64,000 bases of DNA from Promethearchaeota archaeon (GCA_048940925.1 JBHLOC010000011.1:38453-102452); one strand, 5' to 3'. Shown: positions 10,201-20,775, counted from the first letter of the stretch. The notes: a model not told the origin generated them from the sequence alone. Program-made: numbers and translations.

Positions 10201-11919
10201 TTATTTTTTCCTAAATGAAAATCTTTTGAGTTTATCTAGAGAAATTTTCCCTGTTTTTAAAAGAATTCCCAATATCGCACCTATAATAACTAATCCTCCA
10301 ATAATGGAAAAAACGACGATAATTGCTATGGCACCTGGTTCTAATCCCCTTGGAGCACTTTTGATTATCGTAACACTCACTGATACTTCATTTCCCGCGA
10401 GATCCCTGGCATAGAACGTAATAGTGACCTCTCCATTGGCTAATGCTGCCCATGTTGCCTGGTTAATAGTCCCTGTATCATTCACCGTAAAATTGGTAAC
10501 TCCTTCATCAAGCGAATACCAAATTGTGTCTAAGTTAACGTCAGTCACATTAAGAATAAAAGAAGGTGCCTTTTTACCAAATTTTTTTCCTTCTAACGGT
10601 GAATCGATAACGATTGTCGGCGCTACTGTATCCTTGATTATATTAACCTCAGCAAAAGTGATATTTCCAGCAATATTGCTAGCATAAAACTTAAGTTTAA
10701 TTAAACCATCAACCATAGTATCCCACGCAGTTTGATTAATCTTGCCATTTTCTGTAAATGTATAATTATTCAATCCATTATCAATAGTATACCACTTATT
10801 AAGGAAATAAGCATCTATAATTTCTAAATCGAAAGATGGAGCGATACTACCAAATGCATCTCGAGGATTAGGAAACTTTATTATAATCCTTGGTTCAGCA
10901 ATCGGTAGATAATCTTTACTGTTCGCAGGACCAGCTATAAATATATAAGGAGTATCCACAATGCCATCATTATTGACATCTGGACCAGTATGATTATCCC
11001 AGTAATTTCCAATTATTGTGCTATTCCATATATTATCGCTTCCCTCATCAATCGCATGTTTTTCATTCTCCAAAAAGAAATTTTTATAGATTATATTATT
11101 ATTGCTTCCCTCTAATCTAATGCCATACTCAACATTGTTATAAAGGTTGTTTTCTATGATGGTATTGAAATCACTACTAAAACCTAAAAATATCCCAACA
11201 ACATGGTCATATGCAATATTTTCAAAGATATCATTATATTCACTATGAGATATATACATACCATATTCAAAGTTGGTTACCGTGTTATTGTTGATGCTAT
11301 TATGATTGCTATAAGATACACCAATTCCATTTTCAGATCCATGGACTTTATTATCCTGTATTCCACTAAAGTTACTTTGAGATAAAGATATTCCTACGTA
11401 AGAATTATAAATTGTATTTTTTGTAATATTTATATTTTCACAATCATTCAAATCGATTCCATAGTCTATCTCCTGAATAGTGTTATTAATAATTAAACCA
11501 TCAGTAGAGTTATCTAAATATATAGCTGTTCCAGATGTATAAATACCTCCAATCCAGATAAATGTACAATATTTTATTGTGAAATAAATATCATATGAAT
11601 TGCTTATCTTAATCCCATCGTTAGTATTATCTATCTCTAAGGTGTGACCTTGAATGATATAAGGATTTTCTGAAGTTCCTAAACCAGAACACCATATTTG
11701 AGTCTTTGCCCATTCCCAATTATTCCAACTTCCCGGAAGGTTGTCAATTGTGATATTTGCATAGGTGCCAGAAATTTTTACATCAGTTATATCATCATTC
11801 TGTACATAATTATCAGTCCTAGAATTACTTAAATATCCAGAATTATGAAAATATAAAAATCCTACGATGAGCATCAATTCAATAAGACTTATACACATTT
11901 TACGTAGATTCGGTTTCAT
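10201..11919 (-). CDS. Surface protein: NosD-type beta-helix, two Ig-like repeats, C-terminal TM anchor
   Basis: GLGTSENPYII, PbH repeats, GNYWD, two WY(T/S)(I/L)D.G..N.T...G.INQ..W repeats, TM plus basic tail. Likely start ATG 11919 (ORF track 11997). Confidence 0.85.
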   Translation of the reverse strand: MKPNLRKMCISLIELMLIVGFLYFHNSGYLSNSRTDNYVQNDDITDVKISGTYANITIDNLPGSWNNWEWAKTQIWCSGLGTSENPYIIQGHTLEIDNTNDGIKISNSYDIYFTIKYCTFIWIGGIYTSGTAIYLDNSTDGLIINNTIQEIDYGIDLNDCENINITKNTIYNSYVGISLSQSNFSGIQDNKVHGSENGIGVSYSNHNSINNNTVTNFEYGMYISHSEYNDIFENIAYDHVVGIFLGFSSDFNTIIENNLYNNVEYGIRLEGSNNNIIYKNFFLENEKHAIDEGSDNIWNSTIIGNYWDNHTGPDVNNDGIVDTPYIFIAGPANSKDYLPIAEPRIIIKFPNPRDAFGSIAPSFDLEIIDAYFLNKWYTIDNGLNNYTFTENGKINQTAWDTMVDGLIKLKFYASNIAGNITFAEVNIIKDTVAPTIVIDSPLEGKKFGKKAPSFILNVTDVNLDTIWYSLDEGVTNFTVNDTGTINQATWAALANGEVTITFYARDLAGNEVSVSVTIIKSAPRGLEPGAIAIIVVFSIIGGLVIIGAILGILLKTGKISLDKLKRFSFRKK

Positions 11920-12185
11920 TCTTATAACCGTTATAGAGAAAATTATGTAAGTTGATATGATTTCTTTTAATTTAAATATTATTAGATTAATTGACATAAG
12001 GGTAAGAAATTATTTAGGGTTCACTCTCAGATTAGAGAGATAACACTAACATTTAAAGCAAAGAAATATAGTTATATAAAAAAATCTATTAAGGTAATGA
12101 AAAAGACTCATTAGTTTATTTAAATATTTTAAATGTTCTCTATATATTATATAATAATTATGCTTATAGACCAAACAATAATACC

Positions 12186-12803
12186 ATGAAAAATCTCCAA
12201 GATATATGTGTCTGGAAAAACATTGAAGAGTGCAACAGTTGTCCTATAAAAGGAAAACTAATATGTCATTTTCATGTAAAATATTTGATTAGTTTCATAG
12301 GATTTTTTTTGATTTTTGCCATCACTGCTTTTATTGGTGTTATAATGGCTGGTTTTGGGTGGTTTTTATTTGGATGGGTTGCATTTTGGCTCTTTTTCTT
12401 TGAATTTTGGGAAATTAGAATTCTTTGTAGCCATTGTCCTTACTATGCAGAAGAAGGAAAAACTATACATTGCATTGCCAATTATGGCAGTTTTAAACTT
12501 TGGAAATACCACCCAGAACCTATGAAACTATCTGAAAAAATTCAATTAATGCTTGGTTTTATTATTCTATTTGGATATCCCTTAATTTTTTTAATACTAG
12601 GAAGTCAATTTATTTTTTTACTAATTTCAACTATAGAAATTTTCCTCTTCTTTACTTTCTTATTTACAAAAAGGTGTGGCGATTGCTTAAACTTCTCTTG
12701 TCCCTTTAACCGTGTAAAAAAAGATGTGATTGATACATTTCTCAATAAAAATCCAGTAATGAGAAAAGCATGGGAGGATACAGGATATAAGATTAGAGAA
12801 TGA
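12186..12803 (+). CDS. Four-TM membrane protein with three Cys-rich metal-binding clusters
   Basis: CNSC, LCSHCPYY..HC and CGDCLNFSCPFNRV around the TM pairs. Confidence 0.7.
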   Translation: MKNLQDICVWKNIEECNSCPIKGKLICHFHVKYLISFIGFFLIFAITAFIGVIMAGFGWFLFGWVAFWLFFFEFWEIRILCSHCPYYAEEGKTIHCIANYGSFKLWKYHPEPMKLSEKIQLMLGFIILFGYPLIFLILGSQFIFLLISTIEIFLFFTFLFTKRCGDCLNFSCPFNRVKKDVIDTFLNKNPVMRKAWEDTGYKIRE

Positions 12804-12839
12804 TTATATTATAAAATAAAAAATCCTAATGCTGATATA

Positions 12840-13076
12840 TTGATAGATTTTGAAAATATTAATAAAGATAAAGCTTTAAATCTAATGAAATTAGATTTTG
12901 AAGTCTTTCTAGCTGCATTAGTCAAAATGAAGATGGTAGATAACTTTGATCATACACTCCCTAATGGATTGTCATCATTTGCTAAATTTTACTTTTCATA
13001 TCACAAATTAATTTATAAAAATCAAGAGGATCCGCACAAAATTTATACCGAATTTTTAAAGTGGCTAAATAGATAA
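12840..13076 (+). CDS. Small hypothetical protein (3' half duplicated at 17429-17557)
   Basis: 78-aa TTG ORF; coding status supported by an amino-acid-conserved remnant downstream. Confidence 0.65.
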   Translation: MIDFENINKDKALNLMKLDFEVFLAALVKMKMVDNFDHTLPNGLSSFAKFYFSYHKLIYKNQEDPHKIYTEFLKWLNR

Positions 13077-13381
13077 AATTAAATATATTATCAACTCTTG
13101 TTAAAAGATTATGTTTTATTAAAGGACTTAAGCATGAATCACGCTAATTTATATAAAATTTTCTAATATTGAAATTCTCTTTTTTTTCAAGTTTTATTCG
13201 AGTTAATAATTTTAGATAAAACGTCGATTTCTAGTCTTTTTAAATAAACAAATTCATTATATTCATAGAAATTGCCTGAATAGCCTGAATAATAAACAAA
13301 TTCAATTAGAATGCATATAACATTCATGAGAGAAAGATTTATAATTTTTACGCATAATTATTATAAAAGTAAGAAAACTAC

Positions 13382-14800
13382 ATGTTAGTAATATATTATC
13401 AAAATATGAAAAATATGGTAGCTAAAACGTTAATTCATAGGACGGGGACTAATAGCTTTATTTATATTATTGCGATTGTATCAGGGTTAAGTGGAATGTT
13501 ATTTGGTTATGATACTGGTGTTATTTCTGGTGCTATTCTTTTTATTAAGCAAGAATTTTTTCTCTCATCATTTTTACAGGAATTAATTGTTAGTGCTGTA
13601 TTAATTGGAGCAATAATTGGAGCATTTATAGGTGGATCGTTAGCTGATCGTTATGGACGAAGAAAAATGATTATTGTTGCAGCAATTATATTTGCTGGGG
13701 GTGCTATTGGGACCTCATTAACACCAAATATAATTTTATTGATCATAGGGAGAATAATTGTAGGAATTGCTATAGGAATGGCATCTTTTATTGCTCCACT
13801 CTATATCTCTGAAATGTCTCCACCAAGGATTAGAGGATCATTAGTATCCTTAAATCAATTGTTTATTACCATAGGTATTGTTATATCTTACTTGGTTGAT
13901 TATGCATTTACTCCTCTAAATGGTTGGCGTTATATGCTTGGTTTAGCAGCTATTCCTGCAACTATATTATTAATAGCCATGATCTTCATGCCAAACAGCC
14001 CACGATGGCTAATAAATTATGGAAATGTGGATAAAGCGCGTACTACATTGATGAAGATCCGAAGGACTGATAATATCAATGATGAGCTCAATGAAATCGT
14101 GACCAGCTTAAATAAGCAAAAAGGAGGGAGGAAAGAATTGTTAAATCCTTTAATAAAACCTGCAATGATCGTGGGTATATCATTAGCTATTTTCCAACAA
14201 GTTACAGGAATTAACACCGTGATATATTATGCTCCAACTATTTTTGAATTTGCGGGATTTCAATCTTCTGCGGCTGCTATCTTTGCGACAATTATAGTAG
14301 GAATAGTGAATGTAGGTTTTACTCTTGTTGCAATATTTTTGTTGGATCGTGTCGGACGGCGTAAATTATTGTTACTTGGTTTAGCTGGCATGAGTGGAAT
14401 GCTCATAATGCTAGGGATAGTATTTGTTTTACCTAGTTTGTTAAATCAATTGGGAACATTAGCCGCAATTAGCTTAATGGCGTATGTTGCCTTTTTTGCT
14501 ATTGGCTTAGGACCAGTCTTTTGGTTATTAATATCCGAGATATATCCTCTAAAAGTGAGGGGTCTTGCAATGAGCATTGTAACAGAAGCAAATTGGGGAT
14601 CTAACTTAATAATCGCTTTAACTTTTTTAACCTTAATTCAATTATTGGGACGTTCAGGTACGTTTTGGCTTTATGCTGCTGTAGGGATAATGGCATTAAT
14701 CTTTACGTATATTTATGTTCCAGAAACTAAGGGAAGAACCTTAGAAGAAATTGAAGAACATTGGCGTGGAAGAAAACATCCACGAGAATTGGGGAGATGA
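13382..14800 (+). CDS. Sugar porter (MFS, SP family) transporter
   Basis: FGYDTGVISGA, DRYGRR, YISEMSP..RG, PNSPRWL, QQVTGIN..IYY, PETKG. True start may be a few codons later. Confidence 0.95.
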   Translation: MLVIYYQNMKNMVAKTLIHRTGTNSFIYIIAIVSGLSGMLFGYDTGVISGAILFIKQEFFLSSFLQELIVSAVLIGAIIGAFIGGSLADRYGRRKMIIVAAIIFAGGAIGTSLTPNIILLIIGRIIVGIAIGMASFIAPLYISEMSPPRIRGSLVSLNQLFITIGIVISYLVDYAFTPLNGWRYMLGLAAIPATILLIAMIFMPNSPRWLINYGNVDKARTTLMKIRRTDNINDELNEIVTSLNKQKGGRKELLNPLIKPAMIVGISLAIFQQVTGINTVIYYAPTIFEFAGFQSSAAAIFATIIVGIVNVGFTLVAIFLLDRVGRRKLLLLGLAGMSGMLIMLGIVFVLPSLLNQLGTLAAISLMAYVAFFAIGLGPVFWLLISEIYPLKVRGLAMSIVTEANWGSNLIIALTFLTLIQLLGRSGTFWLYAAVGIMALIFTYIYVPETKGRTLEEIEEHWRGRKHPRELGR

Positions 14801-14806
14801 TATTTT

Positions 14807-17224
14807 ATGAACAAAAAAAAGGTTTATGACGGTGAAGCACCAGGACATCCGGGAAAAGATCCAAGTTGGACATCGAGCGCAAAAGATGGAGTAGGAACAT
14901 CTATATCTCGTGGAAGCCTAGTTTGGTTTACATTATCTGGTGGTATAATTAATGAGGTATATTATCCCCGAATTGATCAAGCAAATATTCGGGATTTTCA
15001 ATTTCTTATTACCAATGGTACTGATCTTGTCGAAGAAGAAAAAATTGATTGTGATCATAAGATTTCCATGTTAGAAGAAGGAGCTCCGGCGTATAAAATC
15101 ACAAATACATCGCATCAAAAAAGATATGCGATAGAAAAAATAATTTTAACTGATCCTAGAAGGGATGTACTATTGTTAAAAGTAAAGTTCACTCCCCTAA
15201 AAGGACAATTAGATGATTACCGTCTTTATACAATTTTGAATCCTCATATCAAGAACTTTGGCTATGGAAACGATAGCTGGGTAGGTGATTATAAAGGTAT
15301 TCCCATGCTTTTTGCTCAGAGAGAGGATATTGTACTAGCCTTAGCATGTTCTACACCTTTTATCAACATGAGTTGTGGATATTATGGTATAAGTGATGGT
15401 TGGCAAGACATTAATAAAAATCGTACCTTAACGCAATATTATTCCCACGCATCAAATGGAAATGTTGTTATAACGGGGGAAGTTGATTTAAAAGCAAGTA
15501 ATGGAAACTTTATTTTAGTTGTCGCATTTGGAAATAATCCTGCAGAAGCTGGACAACTTGCCCGTACTGCTTTGTTTAATGACATCGATCAAGTAATTAA
15601 GGATTATATGTCTTATTGGCTAGAATTTCAGCAAAAATGTAAAAACTTAGATCAAGTTGGAGAAAAAGGATTCAATATTTACAGGTTAAGTACGATAGTC
15701 TTGAAAACTCACATGGATAAACGCTTTTCGGATGGCTCAATAGCGAGTTTATCAATTCCTTGGGGATTTGCCAAAGGTGATGATGATTTAGGGGGTTATC
15801 ATTTAGTATGGCCAAGGGATCTTGTTGAAACTGCAGGTGGACTTCTTGCAGTGGGAGCCAATTTAGAAGCTCTCCAAATCATGATTTATTTAATGACTAC
15901 TCAAAATGAAGACGGACACTGGCCTCAAAACATGTGGTTAGATGGTACCGAATATTGGCCTGGTATACAAATGGATGAAACTGCTTTTCCAATATTACTT
16001 GCAAATGCTCTAAAAGAGAATGGACTCCTTCAAAAGATCAATATTTGGCCTACTATAAAGAAAGCTGTGAGTTTCTTAGCATGTGATGGGCCTATTTCTC
16101 AAGAAGATCGATGGGAAGAAGATCCAGGTTATTCTCCCTTCACTTTAGCAGTAGAAATTGCTGCTCTTCTTATTGCATCAGAATTTGCTCGAGGTGCGGG
16201 GGAACCTCAAATTGCTAAATATTTAACAGAACTAGCAGATTATTGGAATTCCAATATCGAAAATTGGACTTACATTAGGGACTCAGAACTAGCGAAGAAA
16301 CTAAATATTGAAGGTTATTATGTTCGAATAGGTCCCCCTGATCTTCCTGATGCTGCTTCACCTAAGAATGGGTATGTCCCTATTAAGAACAGACCTCCTA
16401 ATGAAAGTAAAGCTCCTTTTGAATATATTGTAAGTCCTGATGCCTTAGCCTTAGTACGATTTGGATTACGAGCTGCTGATGACCCAAAGATCGTTAATAC
16501 AGTGAAAGTTATTGATTCTATGCTAAAAATAAAAACTTCAACAGGTCCTGTATGGCATCGTTATAATAGAGACGGATACGGAGAACATTTAAATGGAGAT
16601 GCTTTTGACGGTACTGGAATTGGTAGGGGTTGGCCACTACTAACTGGTGAACGTGCTCATTATGAACTAGAGAAAGGAAATATTGAAAGAGCAAAAAAAC
16701 TTTTAAAGGTGATGGAAGCACAGACCGGTCCGGGAGGACTTATTCCTGAACAAGTTTGGGATGCCAAAGATATTCCTCAAAAAAATCTGTTTAATGGACA
16801 TCCTTCAGGTTCTGCTATGCCCTTGGTTTGGGCGCATTCTGAATATGTAAAATTAGTGCGTTCATTAGAAGATAGCAAAATTTTTGATATGCCCCTTCAA
16901 ACTAAACAGAGATATGTTAAAGAAGACCATCCATCAAATCTAAAAATATGGAAATTTAATCATAAATGTTCTAAAATAAATACAGGAAAGATTTTGAGAA
17001 TTGAATTGAGAGCAGAAGCGAATATTCGATGGTCTATTGATGATTGGAATACATTTCAAGAGTCTGAAACAATTGATACAGGATTAGGTATCTATTATGT
17101 AGATTTACCTACAAAAGATTTAGTTAAACCAAAAAAATTGAGTTTTACAATTTATTGGTTAGCTCAAGATAAGTGGGAAGGTTCTAATTACGAAATTCAA
17201 TTAATTTCTGAGAGCTTTGACTAA
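14807..17224 (+). CDS. GH15 glucoamylase/glucodextranase (glucan 1,4-alpha-glucosidase)
   Basis: Glucodextranase N-domain, GYHLVWPRD, QMDE, DRWEE (acid), LIPEQVW (base), SAMPLVWAHSEY. Confidence 0.92.
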   Translation: MNKKKVYDGEAPGHPGKDPSWTSSAKDGVGTSISRGSLVWFTLSGGIINEVYYPRIDQANIRDFQFLITNGTDLVEEEKIDCDHKISMLEEGAPAYKITNTSHQKRYAIEKIILTDPRRDVLLLKVKFTPLKGQLDDYRLYTILNPHIKNFGYGNDSWVGDYKGIPMLFAQREDIVLALACSTPFINMSCGYYGISDGWQDINKNRTLTQYYSHASNGNVVITGEVDLKASNGNFILVVAFGNNPAEAGQLARTALFNDIDQVIKDYMSYWLEFQQKCKNLDQVGEKGFNIYRLSTIVLKTHMDKRFSDGSIASLSIPWGFAKGDDDLGGYHLVWPRDLVETAGGLLAVGANLEALQIMIYLMTTQNEDGHWPQNMWLDGTEYWPGIQMDETAFPILLANALKENGLLQKINIWPTIKKAVSFLACDGPISQEDRWEEDPGYSPFTLAVEIAALLIASEFARGAGEPQIAKYLTELADYWNSNIENWTYIRDSELAKKLNIEGYYVRIGPPDLPDAASPKNGYVPIKNRPPNESKAPFEYIVSPDALALVRFGLRAADDPKIVNTVKVIDSMLKIKTSTGPVWHRYNRDGYGEHLNGDAFDGTGIGRGWPLLTGERAHYELEKGNIERAKKLLKVMEAQTGPGGLIPEQVWDAKDIPQKNLFNGHPSGSAMPLVWAHSEYVKLVRSLEDSKIFDMPLQTKQRYVKEDHPSNLKIWKFNHKCSKINTGKILRIELRAEANIRWSIDDWNTFQESETIDTGLGIYYVDLPTKDLVKPKKLSFTIYWLAQDKWEGSNYEIQLISESFD

Positions 17225-17428
17225 CTAATAGTTCAATTAAACCATGAATTATGAGAAATAAGCCTAAAATTCAAATTTTCTATTCTTATGAAAATTTATA
17301 ATTTCTTTTTTTGAATTATTAATATCGTGTCTTCTTTTATGAGATTTAACACCATTTGAGTTTTATTATTTCAACTCTGGATAGATATCATGTATTTTTG
17401 ACTGAAAATTTCGCATATTTTTGATCTG

Positions 17429-17557
17429 GATGATTTTGATCATACATATCCTAAAGGAATGTCATCATTTGTTAAATTTTATTATTCACATCATGAAATA
17501 GTTTATCAAAATCTAGAAGATCCACAAAAAATCTATACTCTATTTTTGAAAATTTGA
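17429..17557 (+). pseudogene. Start-less 3' remnant homologous to gene 12840-13076
   Basis: DDFDHTYPKGMSSFVKFYYSHHEIVYQNLEDPQKIYTLFLKI* vs DNFDHTLPNGLSSFAKFYFSYHKLIYKNQEDPHKIYTEFLKW. Confidence 0.82.
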
Positions 17558-17641
17558 TAGGAAATACTTAATATTTTTAATAAATTAGATTAAGCAATTT
17601 AGATAGCAATTTCAATTAAAGCAAATATAAATTACAAGAGA

Positions 17642-18070
17642 ATGGCAAATAATTATTTTCTCCCTGAAATTAATCTAGCAGTGATGGCGATAACTACTGT
17701 ATTTTACACATTAGGATGTGTATTTTACGGAAACAAAAGATTTTCTAAAAAACTACACTTTCGATTTTCATTTTTAGGATGGATTAGTACATTAATTTTT
17801 TTTCTTATCTATATGCTTCAACGAAGTCTAATTGGAAGCTTATCACCACCTTCATATTTAGAGGGGCTGTATACTCCTTCTCTCATCGTACATATGATAA
17901 CAGCTACAATAACATTAATCGTTCCAGCATTACTATTAACAATTGGAATTTTACAAAGAAAAGAAAAGACTAAAATGAGCATGAAAAAAATAGGAAATGT
18001 TAATGTAATTTTGTGGTATATTACTTTTATTAGCGGTATTATTATCTATCTGTGTCTTCATATCCTATAA
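17642..18070 (+). CDS. DUF420-like four-TM membrane protein
   Basis: 4 TMs, His residues in KKLH and LIVHM, WYITFISGIIIY C-terminal motif. Confidence 0.6.
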   Translation: MANNYFLPEINLAVMAITTVFYTLGCVFYGNKRFSKKLHFRFSFLGWISTLIFFLIYMLQRSLIGSLSPPSYLEGLYTPSLIVHMITATITLIVPALLLTIGILQRKEKTKMSMKKIGNVNVILWYITFISGIIIYLCLHIL

Positions 18071-18101
18071 TTATAAATCTTGCTTATCTTTGTCCGATAA
18101 A

Positions 18102-18569
18102 CTACTCAGGTATAATTATTGAGTGATCCTCTTTTATACGGTCTAAAACAATCTCTGTTTTGACCTCATCTACTCCTGAAAGATTGCGGAGTGTTTCTAT
18201 AAGATCCATGGAGTCTGAATGATCTAGACATTTTGCCATAATGAACAGTGGATATTCTCCAGTAACTACATATGCATATTTTATTTTTTCCATCCCCTCA
18301 ATCTCTTGTTTTAAATGCTCCAATGGTTTTGTAGCATTTACTCTCAGAGATGCCATCACCATTTCTCTATATCCCAATTGATGACAATCGATTAAAGCAA
18401 CATATTTTTTTATTAATTCTTTTTCAAGCCGTTGAATTCGTGCTCTTATCGCAGTAGCACTCTTTTTTGTTTTATGAGCAATTTCTCTTATAGTTAATTT
18501 TGCATCATTTTGTAATAAATCAAGAATTTGACGATCTATATCATCAAGAGTTCCATTTGTTGATACCAT
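18102..18569 (-). CDS. Lrp/AsnC family transcriptional regulator, divergent from the sulfur-relay/Hdr cluster
   Basis: LDDIDRQILDLLQNDAK N-terminal HTH, VVTGEY in the RAM domain. Confidence 0.92.
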   Translation of the reverse strand: MVSTNGTLDDIDRQILDLLQNDAKLTIREIAHKTKKSATAIRARIQRLEKELIKKYVALIDCHQLGYREMVMASLRVNATKPLEHLKQEIEGMEKIKYAYVVTGEYPLFIMAKCLDHSDSMDLIETLRNLSGVDEVKTEIVLDRIKEDHSIIIPE

Positions 18570-18631
18570 AAAATCAATCCTTTTGATAATTTTTCAAGTT
18601 TTATTATTACTAATTATAATATATTAATTTC

Positions 18632-18651
18632 TTACTTTTTTCAAAAAGTAA
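18632..18651. promoter_or_regulatory. Perfect 9-2-9 inverted repeat, candidate Lrp operator
   Basis: TTACTTTTT-tc-AAAAAGTAA in the divergent lrp/tusA intergenic region. Confidence 0.4.
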
Positions 18652-18879
18652 TATATTCTATTTTTAATATATAAGTTTTGATTTATAATTTTTTTCACTA
18701 CTAACTTATATTGCTATAGTTTTATTTGGTTATTAAATTATTTGTTTATAGAAATAAAAACTATGATTTAAATATGATTTTGCATTTTTAACTATTAAAG
18801 TTATCATATGTAAACTATTATGATAACAAAAGTAAAAAAAATAAATAAAAAAACTAAAAAAAGTAAAAATGTGAAAAAA

Positions 18880-19104
18880 ATGGCTGTTCAAACATTTGAT
18901 TATACTGGACTGAAATGTCCAATGCCAGTTTTGAAAACTAAAAAAGAATTAAGAAATTTGGAATCAGGAAAAGTTATAGAAGTAATTGCAGATGATGTTG
19001 GCGCCAAAAAAGATATTCCTGCGTTACTTAACAAATCTGGCGATGAATTGGTTGATATTCGAGAAGATAATGGAAATATAACATTTGTTATTAAGAAAGC
19101 TTAG
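18880..19104 (+). CDS. tusA: TusA/SirA sulfur carrier protein
   Basis: DYTGLKCPMP (CPxP), ADDVGAKKDI. Likely start ATG 18880. Confidence 0.93.
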   Translation: MAVQTFDYTGLKCPMPVLKTKKELRNLESGKVIEVIADDVGAKKDIPALLNKSGDELVDIREDNGNITFVIKKA

Positions 19105-19133
19105 ATCGTACGATATTGAGAGTAGAGATTGCG

Positions 19134-19502
19134 ATGAGTAAATATATTTTCTTTATTAGTACGGAGCCTTACAAGTATCAGTCTATTGACTCTATGATAG
19201 AGCTAGGGAAAGCTGCAATAAGAAAAGGTCATGAAATAAAAGGAATATTCTTCTTTGGAACAGGTGTATACAATCTTAAAAAAGATATTAGTTGTGGAAG
19301 TTCTATTAGAAATATTCCTGAGAAAATCGAACAATTTAGCAGAGAGTACAACATTCCTGTTTCTGGTTGCAGCACTTGGGTGAGTTTAACTGGATTAAAA
19401 GAATCAGAATTCATAGAAGGAGCGACTGAAGAAGGATTAGGAGACCTCTCTAACTGGGCAATAAATGCTGATAAACTTATTGTATTTGGAGCAGGAGGTT
19501 AA
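19134..19502 (+). CDS. dsrE: DsrE/TusD sulfurtransferase subunit
   Basis: EPY, GHEIKGIFFFGTGV, conserved active Cys (GCSTW), GLGDL...ADKLIVF. Confidence 0.85.
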   Translation: MSKYIFFISTEPYKYQSIDSMIELGKAAIRKGHEIKGIFFFGTGVYNLKKDISCGSSIRNIPEKIEQFSREYNIPVSGCSTWVSLTGLKESEFIEGATEEGLGDLSNWAINADKLIVFGAGG

Positions 19503-19507
19503 CTCTT

Positions 19508-19876
19508 ATGGTAGAATCAGTATTAATTATAAGTGATCAATCTCCAATTGGGAGAAATTATGCAATAGAGGCAATTCGCATTGGATCAGGATTTACTGCT
19601 CTCGGAGAATACATTGATTGCAAGGTTGTATTTATGGGAGATGCTATCTATCTGTTCAATAAACATTCTAAACCTGAGAGCGTGGGATTAGATCCATTTA
19701 CAGAAGTTTTAGAGATGGCTGATTTGTCCGATTTAGAGGTATATCTCATTGAGTCTGCTTTAACCGATGTGGGGGTATCAAGGGATGATCTGATTGAATA
19801 TGAAAACTTGAAGATTATCAATTATGATGATTTAGTAGAGTTAATTGCCAATGCTGACACATGTTTTAGATTTTAA
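19508..19876 (+). CDS. dsrF: DsrF/TusC subunit
   Basis: SPIG...EAIR, VFMGDAIY; position between dsrE and dsrH. Confidence 0.82.
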   Translation: MVESVLIISDQSPIGRNYAIEAIRIGSGFTALGEYIDCKVVFMGDAIYLFNKHSKPESVGLDPFTEVLEMADLSDLEVYLIESALTDVGVSRDDLIEYENLKIINYDDLVELIANADTCFRF

Positions 19877-19891
19877 TGGAGGTTGGAAATA

Positions 19892-20233
19892 ATGAACACC
19901 GAACTTGAAATAATTTATTTATTTGGATTTAGCTCAAATACAGGATCTCATTTACGGAGATTATTACCTATTTTAAAAGCTCAACTCAATAAACAAACAA
20001 AACTTGGAATTGTTTTAATTCATGATGGAGTAATTGGTATATCCACAAAGGGAAAAGTATCGAAGCAAATAGAAGATCTGTTAAATTTAGACGTAACTAT
20101 ATTTGCTATGAAGCCTGACATGATGGCTCGCGGAATTGCTCCCGAATTTGCTCAAAATAGAGTCAAATGTATAGAGTATGATAATCTTATAGATCTAATT
20201 GACGCTACACCAAAGATTATATCCTGGATGTAA
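19892..20233 (+). CDS. dsrH: DsrH/TusB subunit
   Basis: LIHDGV, DMMARG, IEYDNLIDLI..ISW; GGAGG SD before ATG 19892. Confidence 0.85.
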   Translation: MNTELEIIYLFGFSSNTGSHLRRLLPILKAQLNKQTKLGIVLIHDGVIGISTKGKVSKQIEDLLNLDVTIFAMKPDMMARGIAPEFAQNRVKCIEYDNLIDLIDATPKIISWM

Positions 20234-20343
20234 GTAATATATAAAAAATCTAAATAAAATATTTTTAAAAACGATCTGGAGTTAACCAGATAAAAAATAA
20301 CTTAAAGTAAATAAATTGGAAAAAAAATTAAAAAACTAAAAAG

Positions 20344-20775
20344 GTGGTATATGTGGCTGAAACAGAAACAATAAATTTTATTGTTAAGGATAAATCATTC
20401 GAAAAGTTCGCAATGATGATGATCCTTGGAACAACAGGTGACGCTATGGATACTAAAATGAATTTTTTCTTTACTTTTTGGGGTTTAAACCTTCTAAAGA
20501 AGAATTTTAAACCTAAAGTTGCTGGGATGCCTGCTCCAATGAAAGGTATGGCAACAAAGATGTTTAAGAAAAGAATGAAAAAATTTGGAATTGAAGATCC
20601 ATGGGGAATGATTAAAGATGCTGTTGATAACGGGAATGTTAAATTATATCCATGTCAAATGACTATGGAGTTAATGGGGATAAAACGGGAAGAATTGCTT
20701 GATTGGGTAGAAGAACCTGTTGGTGCTGCTTCATTTTTAGAAATGAGTAATGGCGGTAGAATAGTAAGTTTATAG
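20344..20775 (+). CDS. DsrE2/DrsE-like sulfur-transfer protein
   Basis: FFFTFWGL, LYPCQMTMELMG (conserved Cys), GAASFL. Start may be GTG 20353. Confidence 0.88.
   Translation: MVYVAETETINFIVKDKSFEKFAMMMILGTTGDAMDTKMNFFFTFWGLNLLKKNFKPKVAGMPAPMKGMATKMFKKRMKKFGIEDPWGMIKDAVDNGNVKLYPCQMTMELMGIKREELLDWVEEPVGAASFLEMSNGGRIVSL

Noticed and set aside
18880-20233. Plain tRNA 2-thiouridine relay (tusABCDE-mnmA)
   Set aside because: No tusE, mnmA or cysteine desulfurase adjacent, and the genes lead into hdr; not fully excluded without the rest of the genome.
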